A stretch of 64,000 bases of DNA, taken from NCBI GenBank assembly GCA_032128875.1, contig JAVLKG010000014.1:33350-97349 (forward strand), given 5' to 3'. The notes beneath the pieces are model-generated. The model was not told the origin of the DNA. It made no database searches and was given only the letters and a program-made list of their open reading frames with translations. Origin of the DNA: Candidatus Melainabacteria bacterium 17Bon1m (GTDB lineage Bacteria > Cyanobacteriota > Vampirovibrionia > Obscuribacterales > Obscuribacteraceae). This document shows, in pieces, positions 20,580-30,882 of this stretch. Position 1 is the stretch's first letter; every line of letters starts with the position of its first letter. The position numbers and the translations under genes were made by a program.

Positions 20580-21260
20580 TTAGTCTTCGCGTGATTCCAG
20601 TTTGTAGCCGATACCGTGAACTGTTTTGATGATCGACGCTTTCTCTTCGACGTCCAGTTTTTTGCGCAAACGCGTGATGTATGTTCTCACTGCCGTTGCT
20701 GTGGCCTCGGAGTCGGATTTCCAAACGTGATTGAGAATGTCGTCCGTGCTAAAAACGCGATCCGGGTGTCTCATGAAAAATTCGAGCAGCGCGTATTCGG
20801 TAGGAAGCAATTTTAATTCTTCGCCGTCGCGTGTCACTTGGCAGGTGGCTGGATCTAAAGTGATGTTTCTGACCGCCAAAACCGAGGCGCGGGGTGAATG
20901 CGAACGGCGCAGCAAAGCTCGAAGGCGCGCTGATAGTTCGCGCATGTCAAAAGGTTTTGTCAAATAATCATCGGCGCCGGCGTCCAACCCTTCTTCTTTC
21001 TCGCCAACCGAGCGTTTGCCCGTTAAGATCAAAACGGGCGTGGTGCCGCCGTCTGCGCGGAACCGCGAGAGAATTTCCACGCCGCTCTTGCCGGGCAAGC
21101 CCCAATCCAGCACGACAATGTCGTACTGATAAAGCTTCATCAAATCAAGAGCTTCCTCGCCTGTGTGCGCTTCTTCGACCGTATAGAGCTCATGCTCAAG
21201 CCAGTCTCTGACCATGTCACAGGTGACGAGATCATCTTCAACGAGCAAAACTTTCGACAT
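20580..21260 (-). CDS. OmpR-family response regulator
   Basis: VEDD, LDWGLP, GADDYLTKPF, winged-helix IKTVHGIGY. Confidence 0.95.
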   Translation of the reverse strand: MSKVLLVEDDLVTCDMVRDWLEHELYTVEEAHTGEEALDLMKLYQYDIVVLDWGLPGKSGVEILSRFRADGGTTPVLILTGKRSVGEKEEGLDAGADDYLTKPFDMRELSARLRALLRRSHSPRASVLAVRNITLDPATCQVTRDGEELKLLPTEYALLEFFMRHPDRVFSTDDILNHVWKSDSEATATAVRTYITRLRKKLDVEEKASIIKTVHGIGYKLESRED

Positions 21261-21309
21261 AGATTCCAGTTTCTTTCGTGCAGGTGCTGTCCGAAACAGC
21301 TAATAGATT

Positions 21310-23130
21310 CTACGTTGTTTTTTCCGGTTTCTGTGCACCCGGGATACGAAACCAGAAAGTACTTCCTTCCCCTACTTGACTTTTTACCCCGACGGAGCCG
21401 TTGTGCTGCTCCAAAATTGCTTTGCAGATTGCCAGCCCCAGACCGGTTCCGCCCTTCACCCCAGTTTTGCTGGGCGCCACCTGGCGAAATCGATCGAATA
21501 TGTGTGCGATATCCGCTTCGGCGATGCCGGCTCCGCGGTCGGTCACATTTACTTTCACATAACCCGGCTCCAGCTCGGTTGTGACGTTTACGGTGCCGCC
21601 CTTGGGCGAGAATTTAATGGCGTTGGCGAGAAGATTTTGCAAAACCTGAACCATTCGGTCGATGTCGGCAAGAACGTCCGCCTCGACAATTTCGCCAATC
21701 TCGATTTGAACCTTTTGCTCGTCGGCAAATCCCTTGACCATGTCGATCGACTGGTCGACCAGGTATTTGAGATTGTACGTTCCGAAACGCATCTCCATGT
21801 GCCCCGCTTCCATCTTCTCGACGTCGAGCAGGTCGTTGACCAGGTTGACAAGGCGCCCGAGGCTTGATTGGATGCGAGTCGAGGCATTCGCTCCTTTCTT
21901 GTTCAGTTCGCCGTAGACTCCGGCATTGAGCGAGTCGAGAAAGGCTCGCATGCCTGTAAGTGGCGTTCGCAAGTCGTGGCTGACCATGTTGACAAAGTCT
22001 GCTTTCATTTGGTCAAGCTCTTTGCGGTCGCTAATATCGTGCGCCACGCAGTAATAAGACTCGTCCGGGGGTGACCAGTAAATCGACCAGAGCATCCAGC
22101 CTTCGCTCAAATCATTGCGCACCATGCGGATATCGACTGATATTGCTGTTTCTTTCTGCTGTTTCGCCTCGCTCAAAACGCGCTGAAGCCGCTCTTTGTC
22201 TGCGTCAGCAACAAAGTCTGAGAAAGGACGGCTAATCAAATCGATTGGATCGTATCCCCAATTTTGCTTTGCCGCAGGGCTCATTTGCTTGAAGACAGCA
22301 TCTTCCGACAGCGAGCAGATAACGTCTTTGGCATTGTCGACAATGGCGCGTTCGCGTTGGGAAGCTACTGCCAGTGTGATTGCCATTTTGTGAAAAACAG
22401 TGTCGAGCTGCGCTATTTCATCCGTGCCTTCGATTGGACGCCGCAGGGGGCGATGTTCTGCCAGTAATTGCGCGTTGCCGGAAATGGTCGCAAGCCTGTC
22501 GGTGATGTTTCGTCCGAAGTAAATTGCCAGTCCAAAAGTCAAAAGGATTTGCAAGATAAGTCCGACCAAAAGCCAGACTTGCACGGCCATTCTCAATTGC
22601 TGTGTTTTCTCCGGATGCATCTCCTGGTAATTCATTTCCTGGCGATGAATTGCGGCGGCGCTAGTGACAATGGCACGCAAATGGTCCGTGACCATCATTC
22701 TTGCTTCGTGCGTGAGAATATAATGCTCGCCGGACATCATGCGTTTTTTATAGTGCAGAAGCGTGTCAACGGCTGTGTTTACCGCCTTTTCCATCTCGAT
22801 GACGTTTTTCTCTTGGATGGAATTGCCTTTCACCATTTGCTTGAGCTCGTTGAGCTCGTGCGGAACTTCAGAAATCCCCTTCATCATTCGCTGCTCGAAT
22901 GAGGGCGAGTGTGTAAACCCCCAGAGCGTGAAATTGGCCCCACCTTCCCAGATCGTGCGCACCACGGACTGAGTTTGTCCGATAATCATCTTCGAGTAGA
23001 ACATCTTCTGGGCTTCGGCTTCAGCCGATTGCTGCAAGAAGACCAGAATCGCCACGAAAATGGTTTCTGTTAATAGCGGCAACGCTACTATCAAAATCCC
23101 TTTTTGGCGCAGTTTGAGGTCTTGAAGCAT
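21310..23130 (-). CDS. Membrane sensor histidine kinase (2 TM, HAMP, PAS, HisKA, HATPase)
   Basis: DEIAQL HAMP, PAS, SHDLRTPL, NLLANAIKFS, DRGAGI, GTGLGL. Confidence 0.95.
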   Translation of the reverse strand: MLQDLKLRQKGILIVALPLLTETIFVAILVFLQQSAEAEAQKMFYSKMIIGQTQSVVRTIWEGGANFTLWGFTHSPSFEQRMMKGISEVPHELNELKQMVKGNSIQEKNVIEMEKAVNTAVDTLLHYKKRMMSGEHYILTHEARMMVTDHLRAIVTSAAAIHRQEMNYQEMHPEKTQQLRMAVQVWLLVGLILQILLTFGLAIYFGRNITDRLATISGNAQLLAEHRPLRRPIEGTDEIAQLDTVFHKMAITLAVASQRERAIVDNAKDVICSLSEDAVFKQMSPAAKQNWGYDPIDLISRPFSDFVADADKERLQRVLSEAKQQKETAISVDIRMVRNDLSEGWMLWSIYWSPPDESYYCVAHDISDRKELDQMKADFVNMVSHDLRTPLTGMRAFLDSLNAGVYGELNKKGANASTRIQSSLGRLVNLVNDLLDVEKMEAGHMEMRFGTYNLKYLVDQSIDMVKGFADEQKVQIEIGEIVEADVLADIDRMVQVLQNLLANAIKFSPKGGTVNVTTELEPGYVKVNVTDRGAGIAEADIAHIFDRFRQVAPSKTGVKGGTGLGLAICKAILEQHNGSVGVKSQVGEGSTFWFRIPGAQKPEKTT

Positions 23131-23332
23131 CTATCGCTTTCTATAAAGCCTTTTTCCAATACATACTGCTATACCCGCTCAATCTGTCGGCTCTTAATAA
23201 ATTAGGCGCAATCGGTGATTTGCAGCATTTGCAGGGGAAATTTCCGCCAAATTCCCTTGCAGTGTTTTACCGCTATAAAGAGAAGGTAGAAATATAACTG
23301 TTGGAGGCTTTCGGCGACCTGCCGATAAATAT

Positions 23333-24997
23333 ATGGCGTTCTCGCAAAAACAGTTAGACGGACTTCTCTACATGGCTAGTCGCGCATTTGACAATGCCGA
23401 CTATTTAGCTGCGCAGCGTCACTATGAAGACGCTTTGGACATGATGGAGCGCAACGGGCTGAGCGAGACCGAGCAGGCTCTGGCGTGTTTCAAAAATCTT
23501 GCTGCCATCTATTATTCCGACGGCAAATTAGACAAAGCGATTACCGCATACAGCCGTCTGGTTGTCACATCCGAGCAATTGCTCGGCGAGGGCAACCGGG
23601 ATGTGATCGCCAACATGTTCATTCTGGCGAAAGTCTGCGACGGTGCAGGTGCATCCGAAGATGCCGCCAACATCTACAACCGTGTGTTGAGACTTGCAGA
23701 ACAGCACTTGCCGAAGGGCGATGTTTTGATCAAGCATATTCGCGAGGCTGCGGCGATCAGATCGGCACCGCAGAAGGAATTTAAGCAGAAGGTCACGGCG
23801 CTGGAATTGCCGAAGCCCGTCTTCAAAGAAACCATGGAGACGCTCGTTGGCGGCGGTGAGCCGGGCGGGCGCGAACACTATTTCAAGAAGAATCAGGTTG
23901 TCCTTTCTACGATAGGCTCCGTTCTGGTTGCAGCGATTGCTGCTGGTTGGTTTATGTGGATGACTGCCGGAACCTCTTTCCAGCCTCCTACTGCACCGGG
24001 TATCAATTCGGAATCATTCAAGGTTGAGGGACAAACATTCAGAACTGCTGACGGCAAGATTACTTTGGCTATCGGTGAGAACTCGACAGGCGAACTCAAG
24101 ACGCCTTTGGAAACCTTGCAATTCAAGTTCAAGACGATCGACTTTTCGCTCGAAGGTATTCAAACCTTGATTCTTGGCGCATTCTCGCGCAAGGAATTTT
24201 GGTTCGAGCAGACTCCGATGGGGCTGGTCGGTCCTGGTGATTTCCTTGTGCACACCGATGAAGCGCCAGAGGTGAAGACAGTCGAGCAAATTCGCAAGCT
24301 TGGTGCCCACCTTGAAGAGATCAACGCGAAGAATGGTTCTTTCCCGTCCAAGCTCGAAAAATGGACAGGAGATCCTGCTGTGAAGCTGGTTAACGCAGCG
24401 ACGAAGCAGGACATGATTCCTACATATCAGATCTTCTCGAAGTATCAAATCGTATTTGATGGTGTGTCAAATGTCGAAGATTTCAAAAAATCTATGGCTT
24501 TGGGCGAACATTGGAATAACGAACCGGAAGCCGGACCTGGCAGCGTAAACGCTTTTGCTATCGTCACTGATAAGAAAGTCGACGACGAGTCCTATCGTGT
24601 TTCGCATGTGTTCATGCAGGGCTTTGACAGAACCGGAAAGGTTATTCCTTCTGCTATTCCTGGTGTGAGTTATTACTATCTGGCGGTTCCGGCCAACCAC
24701 GAGGAAGGTGGTGATGGAGCTGGTGATGCATATTACAAGAAGTTGGTTGCATCTCTTAAAGGTGCCAACATCTATGTTGTAAGAGAAGCATCCTTGCTTT
24801 TCGGTTTGTTGCCGCTCAAGTACACCATGCCTATCATCTTTGGCTTCCTCACTGGGATATCGCTGATTCTATGGGCCCTTGTCGATGCTGCAAAACGTTT
24901 GGAAAATCGCAAGATGCTGCCTACTCTTTTTGAAGTGATGACGGCTATCTTCTTACTCATTTGGCTCGCTTGGTTTGTCAATCGCGCGATTCCCTAG
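23333..24997 (+). CDS. TPR-repeat membrane protein with uncharacterised extracytoplasmic domain and two C-terminal TM helices
   Basis: TPRs, TM (VLSTIGSVLVAAIAAGWFMW), domain paralogous to 1516..3096. Confidence 0.8.
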   Translation: MAFSQKQLDGLLYMASRAFDNADYLAAQRHYEDALDMMERNGLSETEQALACFKNLAAIYYSDGKLDKAITAYSRLVVTSEQLLGEGNRDVIANMFILAKVCDGAGASEDAANIYNRVLRLAEQHLPKGDVLIKHIREAAAIRSAPQKEFKQKVTALELPKPVFKETMETLVGGGEPGGREHYFKKNQVVLSTIGSVLVAAIAAGWFMWMTAGTSFQPPTAPGINSESFKVEGQTFRTADGKITLAIGENSTGELKTPLETLQFKFKTIDFSLEGIQTLILGAFSRKEFWFEQTPMGLVGPGDFLVHTDEAPEVKTVEQIRKLGAHLEEINAKNGSFPSKLEKWTGDPAVKLVNAATKQDMIPTYQIFSKYQIVFDGVSNVEDFKKSMALGEHWNNEPEAGPGSVNAFAIVTDKKVDDESYRVSHVFMQGFDRTGKVIPSAIPGVSYYYLAVPANHEEGGDGAGDAYYKKLVASLKGANIYVVREASLLFGLLPLKYTMPIIFGFLTGISLILWALVDAAKRLENRKMLPTLFEVMTAIFLLIWLAWFVNRAIP

Positions 24998-25014
24998 GAG
25001 GCGCCGCATTTTAC

Positions 25015-25638
25015 ATGCCGGACTCTGATGGCAGCGAATCTTCCAATTCTTCCAGCCCTTCTAACAGTTTCTACCGGAAGCTGCATAGCCACCAGCCTGC
25101 AGATGAGCGCGATCGCTGGCGGCGTGCTCTCTATTTTTCGACAGCGGTGGGAATCCGTTGTTTGGATTTGTTGTCCGACTACATGCGCTACTGCCTGCGG
25201 CCCAATCGAATGGGAGAGAAGCCGGATTATCCTGTCACAGAGAATTCGGCGGAAGTTCACCACGAGGCTGTCAAAGAGCTGCTGGGGCTGAGCATCTGGC
25301 TGACTATGGTCGATCAGTTAGAGGGCGAAGTGCCATATTGGTTGCGAGAGTTTTTCATCGATTGTTGGTCGGCTGCGGACAAACTGTATCCTGATCCATC
25401 CAGCCAAGAAATTATGACCCTGTACGAAAATCAGCTTGGCGTGGACAAAGTCTGCGAGGCCGTTTCTTCCCGTTTGTGCTACAAGCTGGAGCTGGAAGAC
25501 ACCAAGGGTGATGCCTGCATAAAACTTGGGGAAATGCTGCGCGACAATGGAAAGACGCGTGCGGACCTGCTGTTTTATGCGCTGTCTGCGGACCACGAAG
25601 CGCTCGATAAATCAATCGACCAACTGAAAGACTACTAA
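25015..25638 (+). CDS. Hypothetical protein
   Basis: ORF preceded by AGGAGG, co-oriented with the upstream gene; no motif recognised. Confidence 0.65.
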   Translation: MPDSDGSESSNSSSPSNSFYRKLHSHQPADERDRWRRALYFSTAVGIRCLDLLSDYMRYCLRPNRMGEKPDYPVTENSAEVHHEAVKELLGLSIWLTMVDQLEGEVPYWLREFFIDCWSAADKLYPDPSSQEIMTLYENQLGVDKVCEAVSSRLCYKLELEDTKGDACIKLGEMLRDNGKTRADLLFYALSADHEALDKSIDQLKDY

Positions 25639-25736
25639 TTCGAAGAGCGTGAGAACGCGTTGCACGCGCTCACGTCTCCATGCTATCTCTCACGGCTGTT
25701 GTTGAAGAAGATAGGCTAGACGCGTAATCTCACCTG

Positions 25737-27017
25737 TTAGGCATCGCGCGTGTCGCGCACTCGTGCAATGAGTTCTTTCTTGTTGTGTCGATTGAGGAAG
25801 TTCCAGACAGCATCAGTTGCATTGAATTTCGAGGCCGGAGTCGAGCTGTTGAATGCTCCCGGCCAATCGTGATTTCCATCTTTGATGTTGTAGAAGGTGA
25901 CTTCTCTGCCGCTTTCAGTGTCAACGGCGCTATAGGTTTGAATCGGTTCGCCTGATGATTTGGTGAGCGTCGGCTTCAAATCGTTTGCGTCAGCCCAGAC
26001 TTCGAATGCTTTCACGGCAGAAATGACGCGAGGCGCTACGCACAAGTCTAGAAGCACACCGCCTGATGCGGGAATAACATCGTCGCTGCTGCCGTGAATC
26101 AGCAAGGCGTTCATGTCACCGGTTGGCTTGTCTTGCTTCCTCAACATGCCGCCGCTAACACTGGCGACTGCCGCAACTCTGTCGTTGAGTTTTGCTGCGG
26201 CTTCTTGTGCCATCATGCCGCCGTTGGAGAATCCGACTAGATAGATGCGGTTTTGATCGATGTTTAGTTTGTCTGGAATTACGTCTGTGAGCTGTCTGAT
26301 GAAATCCACATCGTCAGAGCGGTAGAGATGATCCTTGCCGACATTCCACCAGCGCAAGTGATCACCAACCCAGCCGGTTGCGTTGGGAAAAACAGCTATA
26401 AATCCTTCTTGGTCTGCCTTTTTCTTAAACTCGGATGTTTGTGCAATTTTGTCTTTGTCTTGCATAAAGCCGTGCATCATCACGACCATTGGCAAAGGTT
26501 TGGTGGCATCGTAGTTAGGCGGTACGTGCACTGTAACGTCACGCTTCCGTCCTTGAAGTTCTAGCTCATAAGTCGTGTCACCTTTTGCATCTTTGATCTT
26601 GTCGCTGAATGCATGCATGTTTTCGACATACTTATTTATGTCTTTGACCGAAACTCCGTTGTTTTCGAAAAACCACTCATCGTTGGAAGACTGCATCAGC
26701 GATTTGTAGCGCTCGCTTAGGAAGTTCGCGAATAGATGGGGATCGGCGCCTTCGACTTTGTGCGGTGTCTTGTCGGCTTTTGCTATCTCTTTCTTGTCGA
26801 TAAACCCGTCGTGGTTGATATCGAAGTGCCCGAAAAGCTCGGCAATTTTTTCGAGCTCGTTGCCCTTTGCTGCCTCGCTTAGGAAGCGACTATTGTCTTT
26901 CTGGCTGGACGGCGACGTAAGACGAAACTCTTGAAGGTTGTCGCCTTCTGCGTGTTGAGCGCCATGCTGCAATGCTGCCGCTTCGGCAGTTTTGTACTGT
27001 CGTTCGACTGTCGCCAT
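25737..27017 (-). CDS. EF-hand plus PHB-depolymerase/LpqC-like esterase
   Basis: Canonical EF loop DINHDGFIDKKE; HVPPNYD..PMVVMMHG, DDVDFI, GFSNGG, HGSSD, GNHDWPG. Confidence 0.87.
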   Translation of the reverse strand: MATVERQYKTAEAAALQHGAQHAEGDNLQEFRLTSPSSQKDNSRFLSEAAKGNELEKIAELFGHFDINHDGFIDKKEIAKADKTPHKVEGADPHLFANFLSERYKSLMQSSNDEWFFENNGVSVKDINKYVENMHAFSDKIKDAKGDTTYELELQGRKRDVTVHVPPNYDATKPLPMVVMMHGFMQDKDKIAQTSEFKKKADQEGFIAVFPNATGWVGDHLRWWNVGKDHLYRSDDVDFIRQLTDVIPDKLNIDQNRIYLVGFSNGGMMAQEAAAKLNDRVAAVASVSGGMLRKQDKPTGDMNALLIHGSSDDVIPASGGVLLDLCVAPRVISAVKAFEVWADANDLKPTLTKSSGEPIQTYSAVDTESGREVTFYNIKDGNHDWPGAFNSSTPASKFNATDAVWNFLNRHNKKELIARVRDTRDA

Positions 27018-27316
27018 ATTGAAGTAGTACTAAGACCGCGTTTTGGAGGATGAATGTCTATATACGCGTTGTCCCAAAATTGGACAGCTGTAATAGTGCC
27101 GAATGTTTAGGCAGCGTCTTCTTTGGTAGCAGGCAAGCGCTCTTGACGAGAACTCGTCGAGTGGCTATCGAAAAAAAGATTGGATTAATTCCGTGGATTT
27201 CGTAATTCCCGCATTCAAAAGTCACGAAATTTCAACAAACTTTCTATTAAATAGGCGCATGGCGAGATCGAACCACCCTGGGCGACCGGGCTCACACGAT
27301 TTTAAGGCGGTAAAAA

Positions 27317-27793
27317 TTGGGAATCTCCTCAACTGAAAACTTTATGGCCACCGTGGATAGCGATGGCAGCATTCGATATGTCTACCGGAATTCCATTTGC
27401 GAATACACCGGTGGAAACATTCAGACCCGCCTGACGGATGGGTCGCTTGTGATATCAAATTCGCAAGGGCAAGCTCTGAGTTTTGAATCAAAGGACGGCA
27501 TGAAACTCTTGTACGAGTACCAGGGGGCGCCGCCAAAGCTGGCGTGTGTGTACTTGCCGGATGACACGCGATTGTGTACAGATCGAGATCTCAACTGGTG
27601 TCATGTCAACAATGCCGGAACTATTTTGCGCGATATAGATGGTGAGCCATTTGTGGCACCGGACGGCAAACTCTGGTTGCGCGGGAAGGATGGAATCTTT
27701 CGAATATTTCCAATCGATATCGCCCTGGCTGTTCCAAAGCCGCCGCCGCGAACGCAGCTGTTTAGCCCGGTTCCAACAGGCGTGAGAGTTTAG
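27317..27793 (+). CDS. Hypothetical beta-rich protein
   Basis: TTG start preceded by an SD-like AAGGCGG; repeated xDG turns. Confidence 0.6.
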   Translation: MGISSTENFMATVDSDGSIRYVYRNSICEYTGGNIQTRLTDGSLVISNSQGQALSFESKDGMKLLYEYQGAPPKLACVYLPDDTRLCTDRDLNWCHVNNAGTILRDIDGEPFVAPDGKLWLRGKDGIFRIFPIDIALAVPKPPPRTQLFSPVPTGVRV

Positions 27794-28263
27794 AAAACGA
27801 ATTTCAGACCAATAGCAAGTCCAAAGACCGCCCGCACCCTCTGCGAAAATCAAACTTCTTCAAGTCGCTCTGGATACACGAAGAGCGGCGTTGGCTCACC
27901 GATTCCAACCCCGCCCTGCGATGTTTTTCTTCCCAGAATACCGACCGGAGGAGAGAGAGTTTGGTCGGTCTTTGCACTTTCAATACTAGACAGCAGATGT
28001 TTCAGAAGTGTGGCTAAATGTCGGGCGCTCTCACCGAAATGAAAACGCCCGAGCAAAGGTGATCTGTCACCGATTTCTTGGCGGCAGCAATGAAAATCTC
28101 GACGTCGCGTCAAGATACCAGAGTTGGCTCTTGTGCACACATTTACTTCTCGCATCTGTAATATGGATGCGCATTGCGATGCAAACGCGTGGAGGTTTCG
28201 CGTTTTCAAAGTGTGCTCAAATAGCACCGCTTCTAGTTTTTAGTTACCTGTTGATTCCGATAT

Positions 28264-28473
28264 CTAGCTTTCGGAAGCTGAGCACTTACTACGGAAGAAC
28301 TTAAATGCTTCGTAGAGGCCGCCCAATCCGACCATACCGTACACGACTTTGGTCATGGTGGTGCCGTCGCCCAATAGCGCTGTCACTACGTTGTAGTTGA
28401 ACATCCCTACTAAGCCCCAGTTGATTCCACCGATGAGCAAAAGAACAAATGCAATTAGCTCAAGATTCTTCAT
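28264..28473 (-). CDS. DUF378-family small membrane protein
   Basis: LLLIGGINWGLVGMFNYNVV...VVYGMVGLGG; SD AAGGTG before ATG 28473. Confidence 0.88.
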   Translation of the reverse strand: MKNLELIAFVLLLIGGINWGLVGMFNYNVVTALLGDGTTMTKVVYGMVGLGGLYEAFKFFRSKCSASES

Positions 28474-28957
28474 TGTTATCACCTTAAGCATCAAATCCGC
28501 AAAGCTCGAAACACACACTGTTGAGCTGATTTGCATGCTTACGTACTAGTCTAGTAGCAAAGCTGCTCAGATGTCAAGAAGGTGAATCCTAGAAATCCCT
28601 GACTCTGTGCGGAATAGGGCGTTGCAGTACCGGGTGTGATGGCACGAAGGAATTTGATGCGATTCTCCCTAAACGCCCTGTACTGCTTGGTTTTGTCGAA
28701 TCTCTCCATTCTCCAGTGCCTCGTTTTTGCACCGTTAGATGAACATATAACCTGCTCTGTTGGAAGTTTTGGGCACTGCAAAAACTTTTTCTAGCGGGAC
28801 GTGAGGCAAAATTGTCTTTTTAAGGAAGCTGCAAATTCCCACCTCTATCAGCCATACGTAATTACTATCCGCGCTCGGATAAAACTGTTGAGCAATCAAC
28901 TCACTCAGCTCTAACCGGCGCGTAACATAGCCATGGTGTTATGATCCGTGCCCAGAT

Positions 28958-30865
28958 ATGAGCTTGAAAATCATGACAAATCGTTCCAAAACCTTCTTGT
29001 GCGCGCTCAGTATTTCTGTGATGGCTGTGGGTGTTTCCGCTGCTAGTCAGCCGTGTTCGGCTGCAAAGCCCTCCCGGACTGAGACGACAAAGCCCTCGAA
29101 AACCGCTGCCGGAGCGACAGAGAATGCCGCTCACGGTTCTTCGCTCGTTCGTTGGAATGAGTGGAGCGATGAAGTGTTTGCTCGCGCAAAGAAGGAGGGG
29201 AAGCTGGTTTTGCTCGACCTTGAAGCTGTCTGGTGCCATTGGTGTCATGTCATGGACGAGAAAACGTATGCAGATCCAAGTGTCGCCAAGTTGATGGATA
29301 AGAACATCATTGCCGTGAAGGTCGATCAGGACTCGCGTCCCGACTTGTCCAACAAGTATGAAAAGTATGGTTGGCCGGCGACAATTATTTTCAACTCTGA
29401 CGGAAAGGAGCTGGCCAAGCGCTCGGGCTTCATGGACTCGGATGAGTTCAAGAAGCTTGTGAAACAGCTAGCGGCCAATCCGGACAAGCCAGAACCGGAA
29501 GCGGTCGATACCAAAGTCAGCTATTCGTCCAACAATATTTTGACGGACGAGCAGCGCAAGGACCTGAATTTCAAGCATGTTGACGGCTACGATGCAGAGT
29601 TTGGCGGCTGGGGCATCGGCGGTCATAAGTTCCTTGATTGGAACAGTGTTGAGTATTCCTTGCAGTTAGCCAAGCAAGGCGATAAGGACGCTCTAGAACG
29701 CGTCAAGAAAACGCTCGACGCGCATCACAAGCTTCTCGATCCTGTATTCGGCGGAGTGTATCAGTACTCGACGAACGGCGACTGGGATCATCCCCACTTT
29801 GAAAAAATTATGGAAACACAGGCTGAGTGCCTGCGTTTGTACTCTGTTGCCGGGATGCTACTCAAGGATCAAAAGTACATCGACAGCGCCAAGGCAATCA
29901 ATAATTACCTGAAGAATTTCATGATGAGCCCTGATGGCGCGTTTTACACCAGCCAAGATGCTGACCTAAAACCGGGCGAACACTCCGCCGAGTACTTCGC
30001 ACTTAATGACAAAGAGCGCAGAGCAAAAGGCATTCCGCGCATTGACAAGCATGTTTACTCTCGCGAGAACGGCTGGGCTATAAACGCTATTGCCTACCTC
30101 TACATGGCCACCGGCGAGGCGGAATACTTAAAGGAAGCGGAGAAAGCGGCTCAGTGGATCATTTCCAATCGCTCGATAGATGGTGGCGGTTTCCGTCATG
30201 ATGAAAGCGACAAAGGCGGCCCATATCTCGGAGACACGCTCTCCATGGGACGTGCCTTCCTTTCGCTCTATATGGCGACTGGCGACCGGCAGTGGTTAAA
30301 GCGGTCGTCGCAGGCGGCGGATTTCATAGAGCAGCACTTCGAGAACAAGAAGGCGAGCGGAAAACTATCGGCCGGTTTCCTCACTGCTGAGGCGAAAGCT
30401 AATTCTAATGCGATTGCAGCGCCAGAACCGCTGTTGGAGGAAAATCAATCCATCTGTCGATTTGCTAATTTGCTCAGTCAATACACGGGTGAAGTGAAAT
30501 ACAAGCAGATGTCCGAATCGGCTATGCGCTATCTGTCGACGCCTGAGATTGTCGCCAAGCGCCGGATTCTCGTAGCCGGAACTTTGATAGCCGATCACGA
30601 GATGGCACACTCGCCTGCGCATATCACAGTGGTCGGCAAGAAATCCGACCCGCAAGCCAGAGAGCTCTTCCTTGCGGCAATTGGTTCACCGCTTATCTAT
30701 CGTCGTATAGACTGGCTTGATAAGAGTGAAGGAAACCTTCCAAACTTGGATGTTGAGTTTCCCGATCTGGGCAAAGCGGCAGCATTTTTGTGTGCTGGAA
30801 ATCGTTGCTCGTCGCCGGCATATCGGCCGGAAGATTTAGTAAAGCTGGTGGATAGGGTTAAATGA
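28958..30865 (+). CDS. Exported thioredoxin-domain protein, DUF255/YyaL-like
   Basis: Signal peptide, WCHWCHVMD, GWPATI, PHFEKI, GAFYTSQDAD. Confidence 0.9.
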   Translation: MSLKIMTNRSKTFLCALSISVMAVGVSAASQPCSAAKPSRTETTKPSKTAAGATENAAHGSSLVRWNEWSDEVFARAKKEGKLVLLDLEAVWCHWCHVMDEKTYADPSVAKLMDKNIIAVKVDQDSRPDLSNKYEKYGWPATIIFNSDGKELAKRSGFMDSDEFKKLVKQLAANPDKPEPEAVDTKVSYSSNNILTDEQRKDLNFKHVDGYDAEFGGWGIGGHKFLDWNSVEYSLQLAKQGDKDALERVKKTLDAHHKLLDPVFGGVYQYSTNGDWDHPHFEKIMETQAECLRLYSVAGMLLKDQKYIDSAKAINNYLKNFMMSPDGAFYTSQDADLKPGEHSAEYFALNDKERRAKGIPRIDKHVYSRENGWAINAIAYLYMATGEAEYLKEAEKAAQWIISNRSIDGGGFRHDESDKGGPYLGDTLSMGRAFLSLYMATGDRQWLKRSSQAADFIEQHFENKKASGKLSAGFLTAEAKANSNAIAAPEPLLEENQSICRFANLLSQYTGEVKYKQMSESAMRYLSTPEIVAKRRILVAGTLIADHEMAHSPAHITVVGKKSDPQARELFLAAIGSPLIYRRIDWLDKSEGNLPNLDVEFPDLGKAAAFLCAGNRCSSPAYRPEDLVKLVDRVK

Positions 30866-30882
30866 TGGATTGCGGGGTGTAA

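Noticed and set aside
27850-28304. Overlapping 125-aa (-) and 98-aa (+) ORFs
   Set aside because: No clear SD, motif or homology cue for either; cannot decide whether either is real.
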